From an uncultured Planctomycetota bacterium (GTDB lineage Bacteria > Planctomycetota > Planctomycetia > Isosphaerales > Isosphaeraceae): 64,000 nucleotides of DNA. The stretch lies in assembly GCA_963845755.1 (NCBI GenBank), contig CAWJTV010000035.1:1-64000 (forward strand), written 5' to 3'. A program made the translations under genes and the position numbers. Below the pieces are notes generated by a model. It was not told the origin of the DNA. It ran no database searches and worked only from the letters and a program-made list of their open reading frames with translations. Below are positions 9,712-22,039 of this stretch, piece after piece. Each line of letters begins with the position of its first letter. Position 1 is the stretch's first letter.

Positions 9712-12700
9712 CTAGCGAGAAAGTCGTAGCGCTCCTTCGCGTTGAGCGAATGAGCCCGTTCGACGATCGCTCCGGCTTCGAGGGCGAAAAACGCTTCGCC
9801 GATAACGGCATGCCGAGCGCGACGGATGGCTTCGGCCGTCGAAGCCGGTGGGTTCTCGGCTGTCAGGTCGGTCAACGCGCGGATCGGGACCGTTTCGGGC
9901 CATCCGCCGCGGAGGACCACGTTTCGCGCCTGGGCTTCGGTCTGGTCCTTGTAATGGAACAGGCCGAACTGCCGGCCAAGGTTTGGCTCGAGGGTGCGCT
10001 CGTAGATTGGCTGACCATTCAAGTCGATCTTCACCTTGCCGGCGTCAATGACGACCTTCAGCGTATTCCATTCGCCAGCCTTCAAAGGAATCGGTGTGGG
10101 ACCTCGACGATTGGCGGGCTCCTCGACTGCGTTGTCAGCGGGGAGGCCGGAGAGGTCGTTGCCGCCCGCAGTCATCCAGTGGAGCTTGACTCCGCCGGGT
10201 TCGAGCAGGAACGCCAGCCGATCGATTGCCGGATGGACCAGCACCTGGCCGGGCTCGTAGCGGAACTCGTACGTCAGGACGTCGCCATCGCGGAGTGGGC
10301 GATGATAATACAGCCGGCTCTGGTCGGCCTCGGTGACGGATCCGGCGGATTCGGTGTCGTAGTAATTCACGGCCTTGGTGTCGACGAGGGTGCGACGACC
10401 GTGGATTACGCCGTCCATCGCCGCCCAATCATATTCCTCCGGGTTGACGGGACCGCGGGACCTCTTCGCTCGCCGTCCACCCTGTCGGCCAACGCCTGCA
10501 GTATCACTCGAGGATGTATCACGATCATAATTCTCAGTCCGGCGCGGGTTGGGACTCGCCATAGAAGCCGGAGACCCATCCTTCGAGTCGATCGTCATGG
10601 CTGAGCCGGACCTCGCGCGGGATAACCGGCTGGCCCGAGATCGTGGCGTGACGCCAGACCGAGTGTCGCTCGCGATCCGTCGCGAAAGCCAGCCAGGGAC
10701 TGGTGGGGCTGGGGTCGTCATCCTCGTAGAGTAGGTGGCCATTGACCAGATAGCGAACGCTTTTCGGGGTCGCATGGACGGTCAAGCGGTTGAAGCCGTC
10801 CGATCGGGACAGCCGCCAGGGGATGTCGAGGATCTCGCTCGGCCCAACCTGTGAGACCCTGGCGTTTCCGCCCAGCGGTGAGGGCAGGATCGAGAGGCCA
10901 TCGTGTGCGACGGCAGATCCGGCCCAAGCTCCCGCGTAACACTCGACCGAGAATTCGTACGAGCCCGCGAGCGGGTAGTCGAACAGGAGCAGATCGGTAG
11001 CGCTCCCGGCCGGATGGGCAAGATAGCCTTGGTGGGCGATCCAGTATGTCGGCGAGCCGGTACTGAGGAGATCCTCGCTCGTTCGCGTGTCGGCGGCGTG
11101 CCAGTCCGTCGGGACAGAGGTCGCGAGGGCCTTGGGAGCACCGGCCTGGTAGGCGTCGGCCTCGGCGAGATCGCAGTTCAGACGGGCGAGCATGGCCCAG
11201 TCGTTGACCTGTTGGGCGCGCTCGGTCAGGGCCCGTGTCAAACGGCGGGCGAGTCCGGCTATCGACGCGTCACCGCCTCGGAGCAGGGAGCGAGCGACCA
11301 GGTAGTCGGTCCAGGGAAACGATGACTTCTTTCGATCCTGGTCGTTCGACGCAATCGCGCCGGACCGCGTGCTCATGTCGCCCGCCTTCTCCGCGGCCTT
11401 CTCCTGGTTCTCCCTGAGCAGTATGGTGAGGCGGGCCTCGATGCGCGGTATGACCTTGGGAGCGTGTCCGTTGGCGATCTCGATGAGCGTGTCGAGCGCC
11501 TCGCCATTTTCGATCTTCTGGTCCGCCGCGGCCCGAGCCTCCTCGGCAAGCTGATCGAGCGTGCCGGCCTCGACGCGCGGCATCGATCAGGGCGGCGGCC
11601 GTGCTGACCACGGGTTCGTCGAATCCCTGGGATCGCCTGGTATCAGGCTTCGCCCCGCTTCGGGACTGGGCGAATACGTCCAGTTCGAGATCGCGCGCCC
11701 CCAGTGACGCCAGGATGCGGACGACCCTGCGGTCCTTTGCGGGCATGGTCCAGTCGTGGAGCGTCGCATAACGCTCTCCAGGCGGTCGGGCGGCGAGCTG
11801 GCGGATGATCCGATCCAGGACGCCGGTAACCGGAGGATCCCCGCCGGAATAGGCCGGAGTGTCCACGAATTTGCCCAGGACGGCGAGAGCATCGCGCCAG
11901 AGTCCGGCGCGGGCATATTCGGAGGCCACTCGCTGGAATTGTTGCTTGCGTAGGAGGACGGGATGATCGCCGCCGCCGTATCGGCTCGCGTTCTTCTCCA
12001 TGGTCTCGATGTAGGCCTCGAGCCGTTGGCGAGCACCGGGGGCGTCGCCGAGTTGAAACTGGCGGCGGGCGAGCAGGAGCAGCAGCGTCGCCAGCGGCTC
12101 GGGCTGAGCGGAGCCCTCGAAGCCCTTGGCACAACTCGCAAGGACCTCGGTCGCGACGGAGGCGACCTCGGGCTGCGGCCACTTGAGGGCCGGCAAGGCC
12201 GCGTGGCAGGCGAGCTCTGCGGTACTACGAAGCGTGTCGCGCTTGAGCCGGGTCGCGATCAACTTCAGGGCGGCCACGGTCCCGGCGGCGTCGTTCGAGG
12301 CGATCGCCAACTGGGCCGAGAGGATCGCGGCCGGCAATTCAGCCAGCGGTTGGCCTTGCCGCTGGGCGATGGCCACCTTCAACTCGCCGGCCTTCCCGGC
12401 GCGGACGGCCCAGGCGGCCAGGAGGGACCCGGCGCTCCGTGTCCTCAGCAGGGCCTTCGGGCTCGGCGGCGGGGCATACAGGAAGATTTCCGAGGGACGC
12501 GCCGCGGGCAAGACCGCCGCGCGGAGGACCTCATAGACCTGACCTGCCGGAGCATGGTGCTGCTCCCAAAGTCGCTCCAGCTCGACCAGATTGGCGACCA
12601 CGCGCGGGGAGACCAGGTCGTTCGAACCCTCCTCAATCCCCTGCTGGGCCAGGACCAATGCGCGACGCACCGCGGTGGGATTCGTCGGGACGACCGGCGG

Positions 12701-12840
12701 ACCGGCTCGCAACGCTTCGCGCAAGGCGCGATAGCTCAGGTCGGGCAGCTCGCGCGCGGCGGCCAGTTTTGCGATCTGCATCGCCTGCTCGAACCGATCC
12801 AGCGTCAAGATTGGCAGGCCGGCGCGCGCTTCAACCCTGG

Positions 12841-13240
12841 CCTTGGGCGTGGCGGACTTCGCCTTGGGCGTGGCGGACTTCTCGGCCTGGAACGACGTTC
12901 GGCGGATGACGCGGACGGTCCGCGATCCGGGAGACCTGGGGTTGGTGGATTCGGCCGCAACCGAAAACGGATTCGAGATTCGAGATTCGAGATTCGAGAT
13001 TCCCGGAACATCCGCGCGGGGGCGCTGCAATCTCGAGTGGGAGAGGTCCGAAGACCGATTCAGGATCCGAGATTCACGAGTCCAGAATGCCGGAGCTCCC
13101 CGGTGAGGTAGCTTGAATGTTGAATGTCGAATGTTGGATCGCGGAAGCCCAATTCGCACGGACGGCGCAAGGACGCCACCGAAGGAGAGTCCAACTTCTC
13201 CTGACGCCAACTTTGAGAAGGGAGGAGGGGATGGGTTGAG
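12841..13240. repeat. Composite repeat tract inside the giant gene: 21 bp tandem duplication, (GATTCGA)n, (TTGAATG)n, degenerate REP-like segment
   Basis: ccttgggcgtggcggactt x2 (12841-12880); ggattcgagattcgagattcgagattcgagattccc (~12969-13004); ttgaatgttgaatgtcgaatgttgg (~13113-13137). Read through in ORF 11270..13444 as ...NIRHSTFK...ISNLESRISNP...KSATPKAKSATPKA. Confidence 0.75.
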
Positions 13241-16200
13241 CGCCGGCGCCATTGAAGTGGCGCGGGGTGCTGCCGCCGGTTTGGGGGCCGCCTGAGTCGC
13301 CGGGAGATTCCGCGTCGGGACTTTCCCGGCCTTGCGGCCGGGGGGCTCGATGAGGGTCTCGAGCATCCGGGTCCAGACGGCCTCGGCGACGGGTCGGTCG
13401 CCGGCGGCCAGGGCCAGGTCGCCGCGCTCGCGGAGCATGGCCATCAGGGCGTGGTTGTCGGACAGTCTGTGAGCCGCCTCGACGGCGCTGCGCCTCCAGC
13501 TTCTCGGCGACGGCGGTCAGCCTGGCCGCATCGCCGTGCGTCGCGCAGGCACGGGCGACCACCCAGAGAGGGAGCTGCTGGCCGGCCTGGGCGCGCTGTC
13601 GCGAGTTGGCCCGTGCCCCCTCGAGCATGGGCTCGAGCGGAGTCTTGTCGACCAGGGAGACCAGCCGGTCCAGAGCCGCCTCGATCCGCTTCGAATCGCC
13701 GATGCCCATCACGACGAGCACCTCGGCGATCGCGACCGAGAAGTCCTCAGGATGCGCCTTCCGGAGGGCCTCCAGCGGTTGGATGAGTGCCTCGAGCTCC
13801 TGGAGTCGGTCAGGCGCGAGCGGTGCTCCTTCCGGGCCGGCGATCGCCTCTGCCAGCAGGCTGCGCACCTCGGCTTTGTCGAGTTCGAGGGGATGCACCA
13901 GCACCATCAGGTCGACGGCCGGTCCCGTTTTCCGTACCTTGCGGACCCCACGTTCCTGATCCGCGACCCTCCGGGCCTCCGGGAGGACGGCTCCCGCGTT
14001 CTCGACGGCGATCATGCGGCGGAGCGATCCTGTGAGATCCACCTTTTTCAGTCCGGCGAGGACGCGATTCAGGCCCTCCCGACATCGAAGCACCACCGCT
14101 TCGCGATCCCCGATATAGTTGGGGCTCGATAGAGGGATCTCCCGTTCAAGCGCGAGAGCCTGGCCAAAGATGGAGACGGCGTCCACCGCGAAGTCCAGCT
14201 CGGTCAGTTTGTCCCCGACCGCGGCCAGTGCCCTCAGCTTCATCTGCTGGATGTACTCCACGTTGTAGAGATTCGCGGAATCCTCGTACCTGGTAAAATC
14301 GACCAGGACTCGACGAGCGTCGTCTCTGCGGTCTTCGTGGGCGTAAATCGTGACCAGGCGCAGAGCCGGCGCGTGGTTGAGGTTCAGGCGATAGTAGGGG
14401 TCGTTGGCGGTTCTGTAGATGCTCGTCTCATAGAGGTCCAGGGCCAGGTCACGCGTCGGAGCGTAGTCCTCGAGCTCGCCACCGAGCGTCCCGAATACGT
14501 TCGTCGAGAGCGGCTGATCCTTCGTTTCTTCGAGGAATCGCCGGACCATCTCCCTGGCTAGGTCGAATCGCCCCAGGCGGCAGTCGATCGTTGCACGGAT
14601 CACGTCGCCGGCTATCCAGTCCGGCAGGGACTTGCGCAGGGTGTCCACCTGCGAGGAGAGCTCCTCCAGCCTCCCCTGCGCCGTTGCCAGGTCCAGTATC
14701 CTCGAGACGACCGTGGACATCCGGCCGTCCGGCGCGTTCGAGAGGACCGCATCGAAAAGCTCCCACTGGAGCGGGGCGGAGAACGACTCGGGCCTGGGAA
14801 CGACCGAGTCGCGGGCGAACTCGTAGATCTCCGGATTCTTCCAGATCTTCTCGTTTCGAAGGTACGAGAAGAGATAGGAATGCTCTTCGGGGAAGGCGTC
14901 CCAGACCCGGCGCAGCAGCGGCATCGCCCGGTCATGGAGCTTGTCGTCGTCGAGCACGTTCCCGAGGAGCTGGATGAGATAATAGGAGTCGCCGAGCTGG
15001 CGCAGATCGACCTGTTCGATCAGGCCGAGCAGTTGCTCGATCTGCTTCGCCTGCTGGAAGGCACGGATGACCTGGTAGAAGTAACGAGCCACGATCGCCG
15101 GGTCCTTCGCCAGGATCACCTTGTAGTGCTCGAGGGCCGACTCGGCCTGACCGTCCTGGACGAGCTGCTGGGCGACCTGAAACCGGAGGCTCAGGTCGTC
15201 GGGGCGAATCTCGACGATCTTCCCGAGCTCGCGGCGCGCATCGTCGCGGCGGCCGGATGCCTTGTAATAATCGGCCAGCGCCTGGTGGAGCTGGATAGCC
15301 CCCGGCGACTTCTCGAGCTGTGTGTTGGCCTTGTCGATGAGCTGGCCCAGGCGTCCGGATCGGGAGAGGACGCCGATGGCGGCGGTGCGCGCGGCGTCGG
15401 GCTCGTCCACATTGGAAACGTTGGGATTGGTCTGGCGGGCCGCCGACGTCGAACGAAGGATCTGCATGGCCACCTGAACGGCGACGTCGAGCTTGTCCTG
15501 GCGTTGGTACTGGAGCATCAGCGCGACGAGCGCGGCGGCCTTGTTGCCGGCACGGCGTCGGGCGCGGCCGAGCACGGCCTCGGCCAGCTCGTGCAGGCCG
15601 AGCTGGTGCATCTGGCCGGCCAGGCGGACCTGGGTGTCGGTATCCAGTCGCAGGCCGAAGAGCCGCTCCGCGGCCTGTCGCGCCCGATCCATATTGCCCG
15701 TGAGGACCGAGACGCGCATCGCCAGTTCCTCGCGGCGTTTCATGGTGGAGTTGTCCATGGGCTGAACGGCATCGGCCAGCACCAGCGCGTCGTCCCGCTC
15801 CCCTTGCTGCTCCAGCAATTCGGCCAGCTCGATCCGGAGATCGGAATTGGCCCGCGACGCTTCGGCGACCCGCTTGAACTCGGCGATCGCCTCGTCCTTG
15901 TCGTCGTTCCACCAGAGGATGTAGCTGAGGCACAGCCGCGGATAGAGGGCGTCGGCGGGCGTGGCGGCCGCTTCGGCCTGGCTGCGGAAGTGACCGACCA
16001 GGTCGCTCAGAACGTCGTCGATCCGGTAGTGCTCGAAGGCCGTGCGTAGCGCCTGAATCGCGGTCTCGTCGAGATATTCGTTCGGGAGCGGGAAATCAAC
16101 CGGCAGGTATCGGTAGTTCTTGCCGATCCAGATCTGATACCGGGGCACGTAACCCGGCCCATAGGAGGCGATTCGCGCGCGGTTGGCCCTGGCGGCGGCG

Positions 16201-19200
16201 CCCGGGGACTGGTGCTCCTGGCGGCGCCTCAGCATGGCGAGATCGTAGTCGAGGAGCTTGAGGATGTCGCCATAACTCTTTCGCTCGGCGCAGGCGCTCA
16301 TGCCCTGGGAGAGCGCCGGTCCCGGTCCGCCGAAGTAATACGAGCCCGTGTAGTAATAGGAGAAGGTGCGGCCGGCCTGGAGCCGCTCGTAACGGTCGAG
16401 GAGTTGAATCAGGCCCTCGACGTCACCGCGGCGCGCCGCCAGCGAGAAGGCGCCGGCGATCTGGGCCAGTTGCGCCGATCCGGCGATGGCATCGCGATAG
16501 AACCGTTCTCCCTCGTCGGTCTGCTTGGCGCGCCTCAGCTCGTCGGCGACGTTCTGGAGGATCTGGGCCTGGGCCAGCTCGGGCCGCCGCGTTCTCAGGG
16601 CCTGATAGCAGGCCAGGACATGCTTCAGCTCGTCGTTGTCGAGGGGCGGGGTGTGGTCACTCCGGCTGGTGTCGCGGCTGGCGTTGGCGTAATAGCGCAT
16701 CCCCGTGCCGAGCTGTCGGCCACCGAGCGCGTAAAGGTAGGCCCAGAGAGCGAGCGGGTCCGTTGGCGCGGCCCGGCTCAGCGATCGGGCCGCGGCGAAC
16801 GCCCCCGCGTTGTCGTAGCGCATCACGCAGAGGTAGAACCAATCCCAGAGCGCGCGGAGATTGGCCGGCGACCTCTCCGACGCCTTGCGGAACGCTGCGA
16901 TGACCTCCTCCGCCCTCGCCGTGCCACGTTTCTGCGCCAGGCTGACGAGCCATCCCAGGGCGGACATGCGCGCCTGGCCGATATCCTGAGGAGCCCAGGC
17001 CGAGACCGGCCCGCTGGAGGAATAGTAAGCGCGACCATCGAGCTCGCAGGCCATGCGGATCTCATAAATCTGGCCGATGCGGTCCTCCAGCGGGACCGTC
17101 GCCTTCCGGTAGATCGAGGATTGGCGTGCGCCGGCGCCCTGGAGTTTCGGATCGCGAGTTCGGGCCTTGACGATCGCGCTCTTCTCGTCGTCGGCCAGGG
17201 TCAGATCGAGCAGGGTGCGGAAGGCCCGCTCGGCCGCTTCCCGCTTGCCTACTCCCGCCAGGGCCTCGCCCCGCCGGTAGAGGGCCTCCCAGTCCGCCGG
17301 TTCCTTGCGGATCATCGTCTCGGTGATCTCCAACACCGGAGTCAGCTTCCGGTGTCCCAGCAGGCTGTCGATCGCCTGGAAGATGCGATGGGCCGCCTCC
17401 CCCTTGTCCGTGGCCATCTTCGACCAGACCGCCTGGGCTTCCTCCAGCGCGCCATAGCGTGCGTAAAGCTGACCGAGCCGAGCGGCGCCCTCGTCGGTGA
17501 CGGCGATGTCGTTGAGCTGCTTCTGATAACGTGCGGCCCCTTCGAAATCGCCCTCCTCCTCGGCCAGCTTGGAGAGTTGATGGAGCAGTTGGGTGTCGCG
17601 CGTGTTGGCGGCCAGGAGCGGCTCGAGCTCGCCGCGCGCGGCGCCCATATCGCCCGACGAGGCGTAGGCCTGCGCCCGGCAGAGCGCCACGTCCCGCTGT
17701 TGCGCCTGCCCGGCGCCGGCGCCGCGCGCGCCTCGCGCTCCTGGTGCTGGAGCCGGGTGAGGAGGCGGTCGAACTGGTTGCGCTGGAGGTAGAGCTCCGC
17801 GAGCTTGCCGACGGTGCCAAGCTTGTTATCGAGGTCTTCCGCCTTGTCGAAGGCCCGCCAGTACATCTCGATCGCCTCGTCGGTGCGGTACATCTCGGCG
17901 AGGTTCGCGGCCAGCGTGAGGACGATCTTGGTATCGTTGGGATTGACACGCACGGCGCGTCGGAGGGCGTCGAGCCCCTCCTCCGATCGCCCGATCTGGA
18001 AGCACAACTGCGAGAAGAACTCGTAACTCTCGGGATTGCCCGGCGCCGAGACCAGCAGGTCGTTGCCGGCCTTGAGGGCCGCGTCCACGCGACCCATCCG
18101 CGCTTCCAGCCGGGCGACGCCGGTGAGGTACTCGGACCGGTTTTTGCGGTCGATCTCGGCGAGCCGTCGAAGGCCGGTTGCGGCGTCGGCCAGGTTACCG
18201 GCCGACTCGCGAAGCCGGGCGGCCATCGCCCACGCGGCCATCGATCGCGGCTCGACCTGCACGGCGCGATCGGCGGCACGGACTGCCTCCTGGAGCTTGC
18301 CGTCGGCTTCGAGGTAGCGGGCCATGGCCGTCCAGGGTTCCGCGAATTTCCCCGTGCTGTCTTCCAGCGCTCTGCGCATCTCCCCGATCTTCCGAGTCAG
18401 CCGGCCGGCGGCCTGGTCGTTCTTCACCCTCGCCTCCAGCACGGCCGTCTTCTGCTCGTCCTTCTGGGCCAGCTTCGATGCCGCGGCCAGGTGCACCTCA
18501 GCCGCGTCGAACTTCTCCAGGCGGTGCGACAGCTCGGCCAACTTCAGACGCAGGTCGAATTCGTCCGGATCGAGCTTAACGGCCTCGCTCAACGGCCCGG
18601 TCGCTTCCTTGAGATACCCGAAGCCGGCCAGGACTTCGCCCAGCCGGCCGAGATTCCTGGCATTCGCGTTCGATCCCTCCGCGATTCTCCCCCAAGCCGC
18701 CATCGCCTCGGCCGGACGCTTGAGCTGATGCAGATACTCGCCAAGATACTCGTGATACTGGGGATTGCCCGGCGCCTGATCGCACGCCTTGCGATAGAGC
18801 GCCAGCGCTTCGTCGACGAGATCGGCCTGGCGCAACAGGTCGGCGACCTGGGCGGTGGTCACCGCATCGTTCGGCTTGGCGTCCAGCAACTTCCGCCAGA
18901 TCGCCGCGGCGGCGGCCTTGCGCTCGGCCTGGGGACGGGATGCGTCGCGGAGAACGAGGCCGCCCCAGTCCCGCAGGGTATCCGGATTATTCGGGTCCGC
19001 CCGATCCATGGCCTCGTATTGCGCGGCCGCTTCGGCGTATTTCTGGTCCTGGGCGAGCTGCCCGATTAACGCCAGCCGGAGCTCGCGACGTGCCGGCGCC
19101 AGTTTGATCGCCTTCTCGTACCATCCCTGGGCCTCGGCGACGCGGCCCATCGCGGCGAGCGTCCGGCCCAGCCGCACCAGGGCCTCGACGTCCTCGGGCT

Positions 19201-20381
19201 CCTTCTTCGTCCAGCGCTCGTAGTACGTCACCAGCCCGGCGCGATCGTCGTTGCGGAGGAACACCTCCTCGATCTTCCGCCGCACTTCCTTGTGCAGCCA
19301 GCTATCGGGGCGGAGCTTCCCCATCATGGCTTCAAAGTCGTGGAGCGCGTCCTCGCCCCGCCCCAGTCGGACTTTCAGCTCGGCGGCCTGCATCGCGAGC
19401 TGCACCTGCCGGAACGGGTCGGTGACTTTCCTGGCCAGGGCCTCGTAGCGGGGAAGGGCCTGGGCGGGCTGATCCTCTTCCGCCAGTGCGAAGGCGATCT
19501 GTTCCTGGACGCGGAGATCATTCGGGAAGAGGGCCTCGAGGCGGCCCCAGACCTGGACGGCCTGGTCGTTCTTCTGAGTGCGCTGGTAGACGCGTCCCAG
19601 GGCCTGGAAGATCTCCAGGAGGTCGTTGCGCTGCGGCTTCCGCTGCAAGGCCCGTTCGAAGGCGGCGGCGGCCTGATCGGGCTGGCCGACCAGGACCAGG
19701 GCCTGGCCCAGGTAGTAAGGCGGCATGGGGTCATCCGGACGTACGCCCTCGGCCTGCCGCAGCGCCTCGACCGCCGCGGCATCCTGCCCGCGCTGGGACT
19801 CGAGGAGCCCGAGGATCAGCCAGGCGGTGCCGTCCCTGGGATCCTTGGAGAGCCGGTCACGGAACGACTTGAGGAACTGATCGAGCGTACCGCGCTCGAC
19901 GTGGTAGCCGTAGACGCGATCGAGCGCCGTGCCGCGCCGCGGGTTCTTCTCCACGAGCGCCAGAAACCGCTGCATGGCGCGCTGCTCGCGCGCCTCCTCG
20001 GCTGCCGCGGAATCCGCGCGATCGGTCCCCTGGGCCCAAACGGTCTGTCCCAGGCCGAGCGCCAGCCCGACGACGATCCTCCACTGCCAGAGCCGATGAG
20101 CCGATCCCGGATGACTGGACATGTTGCGATCCTCAAGATGCGGAATGCTTATGGTGTGCGCCGAAGCCGTTACCGGATCGATCATCTTACGAATGTCAGG
20201 AGCCCAGCGCAGGATAGTGCTTCCCAATGGCTTCGTCAATTGTGGTCGTGCGATGGTCGGGTTCGGATCGTCGTCGCCTGGTTGACGGTCGTGCTTGGTC
20301 TCATACGACGAAACCGTGCATGCAACCTGTCTCGTCGTCCTGGCTTCATCATGTGGGAAGATGGTTGCAAGATGGGACGCC

Positions 20382-20560
20382 TGGGTTCGTTTTGAACTCT
20401 CGACGAAGTTCCGGCGATCCAGCCCATGGTTTCAATGACCACTGCTTTCAATAGAATCGTCACATCTTGCCCATTTCCTATAATCGTGGCTTCGTTTTCG
20501 TTTTTTCGCAGAGTTGGTGGCTTCGTTCTGCGATTTTTTGCAGGAGTAGTGGCTTCGTTT
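20382..20560. repeat. Array of TGG(C/G)TTCGTT motifs
   Basis: GTGGCTTCGTT at 20486, 20517 and 20549 (31/32 bp period); variant TGGGTTCGTT at 20382. Confidence 0.75.
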
Positions 20561-21085
20561 CCTGTGAGGCCATCCTCAATCAATCGGGTTACGAGGATAA
20601 TTCCGATTGGATCGGTATCGAAGCTGAGCCGCATGGAATGTGACTTTGATGCAAGCATTGACGCTGTGGTTCGACTCCTTGGGTCGATTGCCCTGATGCG
20701 TGGAGGTCTCATTTTTGCTCCTGGTCGCGGATTTGACTCGCGTGGATTCCATGGTATTGAGCGTTATGGCGGGCGTAGCGGGTTAGTCAGACTCTATCTA
20801 AAGTATGATCCGCCAAAGTGCCTCGCCAGTTGCATAAAAAAACGCGAATCTGTGTTGGTTCCCTGGGGACAGTGCCGGCTGACTAAGCCAGTTGGTCGAG
20901 CTCCACCAGGATCGGGGCCGCTCGCTTTCGACCCGAATCCTCGTCGCGCCGTATCTGACCGCCACAAGGCCAACGATCGACGTCCGAGGGCATCAGAGAC
21001 CTGGAGGGTCTTCCACGAGGCCTCGAAGCGCCAGGAAGCAATTCCTGCTCCTCGTGAACCAATCAGGGAATGCACTGATCCGGAA

Positions 21086-21197
21086 TCTCACGCGGAGGCG
21101 CGGAGACGCGGAGAGAATCATCGTCAGCCCGAATCCGATCGGGACCGGCGCGATCAGAATCGGCATTCCTCCGCGTGATCCGCGCCTCCGCGTGAGA
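21086..21197. repeat. Inverted octamer-period repeat (CGCGGAG units)
   Basis: tctcacgcggaggcgcggagacgcggag (21086-21113) versus ctccgcgtgatccgcgcctccgcgtgaga (21169-21197). Confidence 0.85.
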
Positions 21198-21622
21198 CTC
21201 CTCCATCCAGAGTACGCGCGCATTGCGCAGGGCTCCTCTCGGAGGGAGACGCTATCTCGCCGCGGGCTGCGGTCGGGCACTTTTCGGGGATGGTGATCGG
21301 GTCGGCGCAGTTCCCCGATTCGTGTAATTCCAGGTGGTCAGGTCGCGACGTACAAAGGTGACCTCTGTCGTATAGCCGCTTCATGTGATTCTTCGGAGTG
21401 TCCCAGAACCTGCACCGCTCATTAATCAGAATCGTTTTGGTTCGGGCGTCGTAGCCGAGCGGTGTCTCGCCGGCCTCAATCGGCCCGCAATCCTGGATGA
21501 TCACGATCGAGCCGGATGGATCGATCGAGAACTCGGGAAGATCCTTGATCTCTTCTCGAAGCTGTTTGACAGCCTTTGAGATCTCTCTCTGGGCTGGAGG
21601 TCTCGGATGGTCGATCAGCGAC
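21154..21622 (-). pseudogene. Possible gene remnant with a degenerate HExGH-like metallopeptidase motif
   Basis: Open frame REISKAVKQLREEIKDLPEF...LGYDARTKTILIN...FW...TSRPDHLELHESGN. No clear start codon; lies next to the IS3 left end. Confidence 0.3.
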
Positions 21623-21748
21623 TAATAGTTCCTCCTTCCCGATCCTTTCTTCCGCGAGTAATTCGCGCGATCTGAGGTGGACCCCTAAAACTGGACCACT
21701 CGGGATGTTAAACTGATCAGAGATCACTGTTCCATCCCGAGGAGCATC

Positions 21749-22039
21749 ATGACAGGCACACGAACGCGACATCCGGCAGCCTTCCGGGCTCGGGTCGCTC
21801 TGGAGGCCGCCAAGCCGACCAAGACCCTGGCCGAGCTGTCCACGACCTTTCACGTCCACTCGGTCCAGATCAGCCAGTGGAAGAAGCAACTCCTGGACGG
21901 GATCGAGTCCCTCTTCCAGGACGGACGCCGCCGCGACCACGACGAGAGCCAGGCGATCCAGGCCGAGCTGTACGAGCAGATCGGCCGGCTCAAGATGGAG
22001 GTCGAGTGGCTGGAAAAAAAAGTTGCCCGCGGTGGCTGA
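21749..22039 (+). CDS. IS3 transposase OrfA (HTH)
   Basis: FRARVALEA...TLAELSTTFHVHSVQISQWKKQL...LYEQIGRLKMEVEWLEKK; A8-G slippery run at ~22014-22022. Confidence 0.9.
   Translation: MTGTRTRHPAAFRARVALEAAKPTKTLAELSTTFHVHSVQISQWKKQLLDGIESLFQDGRRRDHDESQAIQAELYEQIGRLKMEVEWLEKKVARGG

Larger units (their letters stand above)
5450..20122 (-). pseudogene. Giant secreted TPR + DUF1583/DUF1581-type protein (~4,040 aa reconstructed), interrupted by IS+MITE and several indels
   Basis: Collinear minus-strand pieces: 17342..20122 (signal peptide, TPRs), 13074..17690, 11270..13444, 10534..11583, 9687..10775, 6968..7176, 5046..7010 and 5450..5905. Duplicated module YYHRP...YEFxYEPG.V.VHP.lDRLAF.L...GVK.HW.T...FGLFHY.D. 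ATG at 20122 has a GAGG RBS. Confidence 0.8.

Noticed and set aside
20486..20560. Mini CRISPR array
   Set aside because: The repeat is only 11 bp, the spacers are ~20 bp and similar to each other, and no cas genes are present.
20236..21296. ORFs 20426..21178 (+), 20236..20712 (-) and 20892..21296 (+) as genes
   Set aside because: No recognisable motifs, atypical composition, and they run across repeats.
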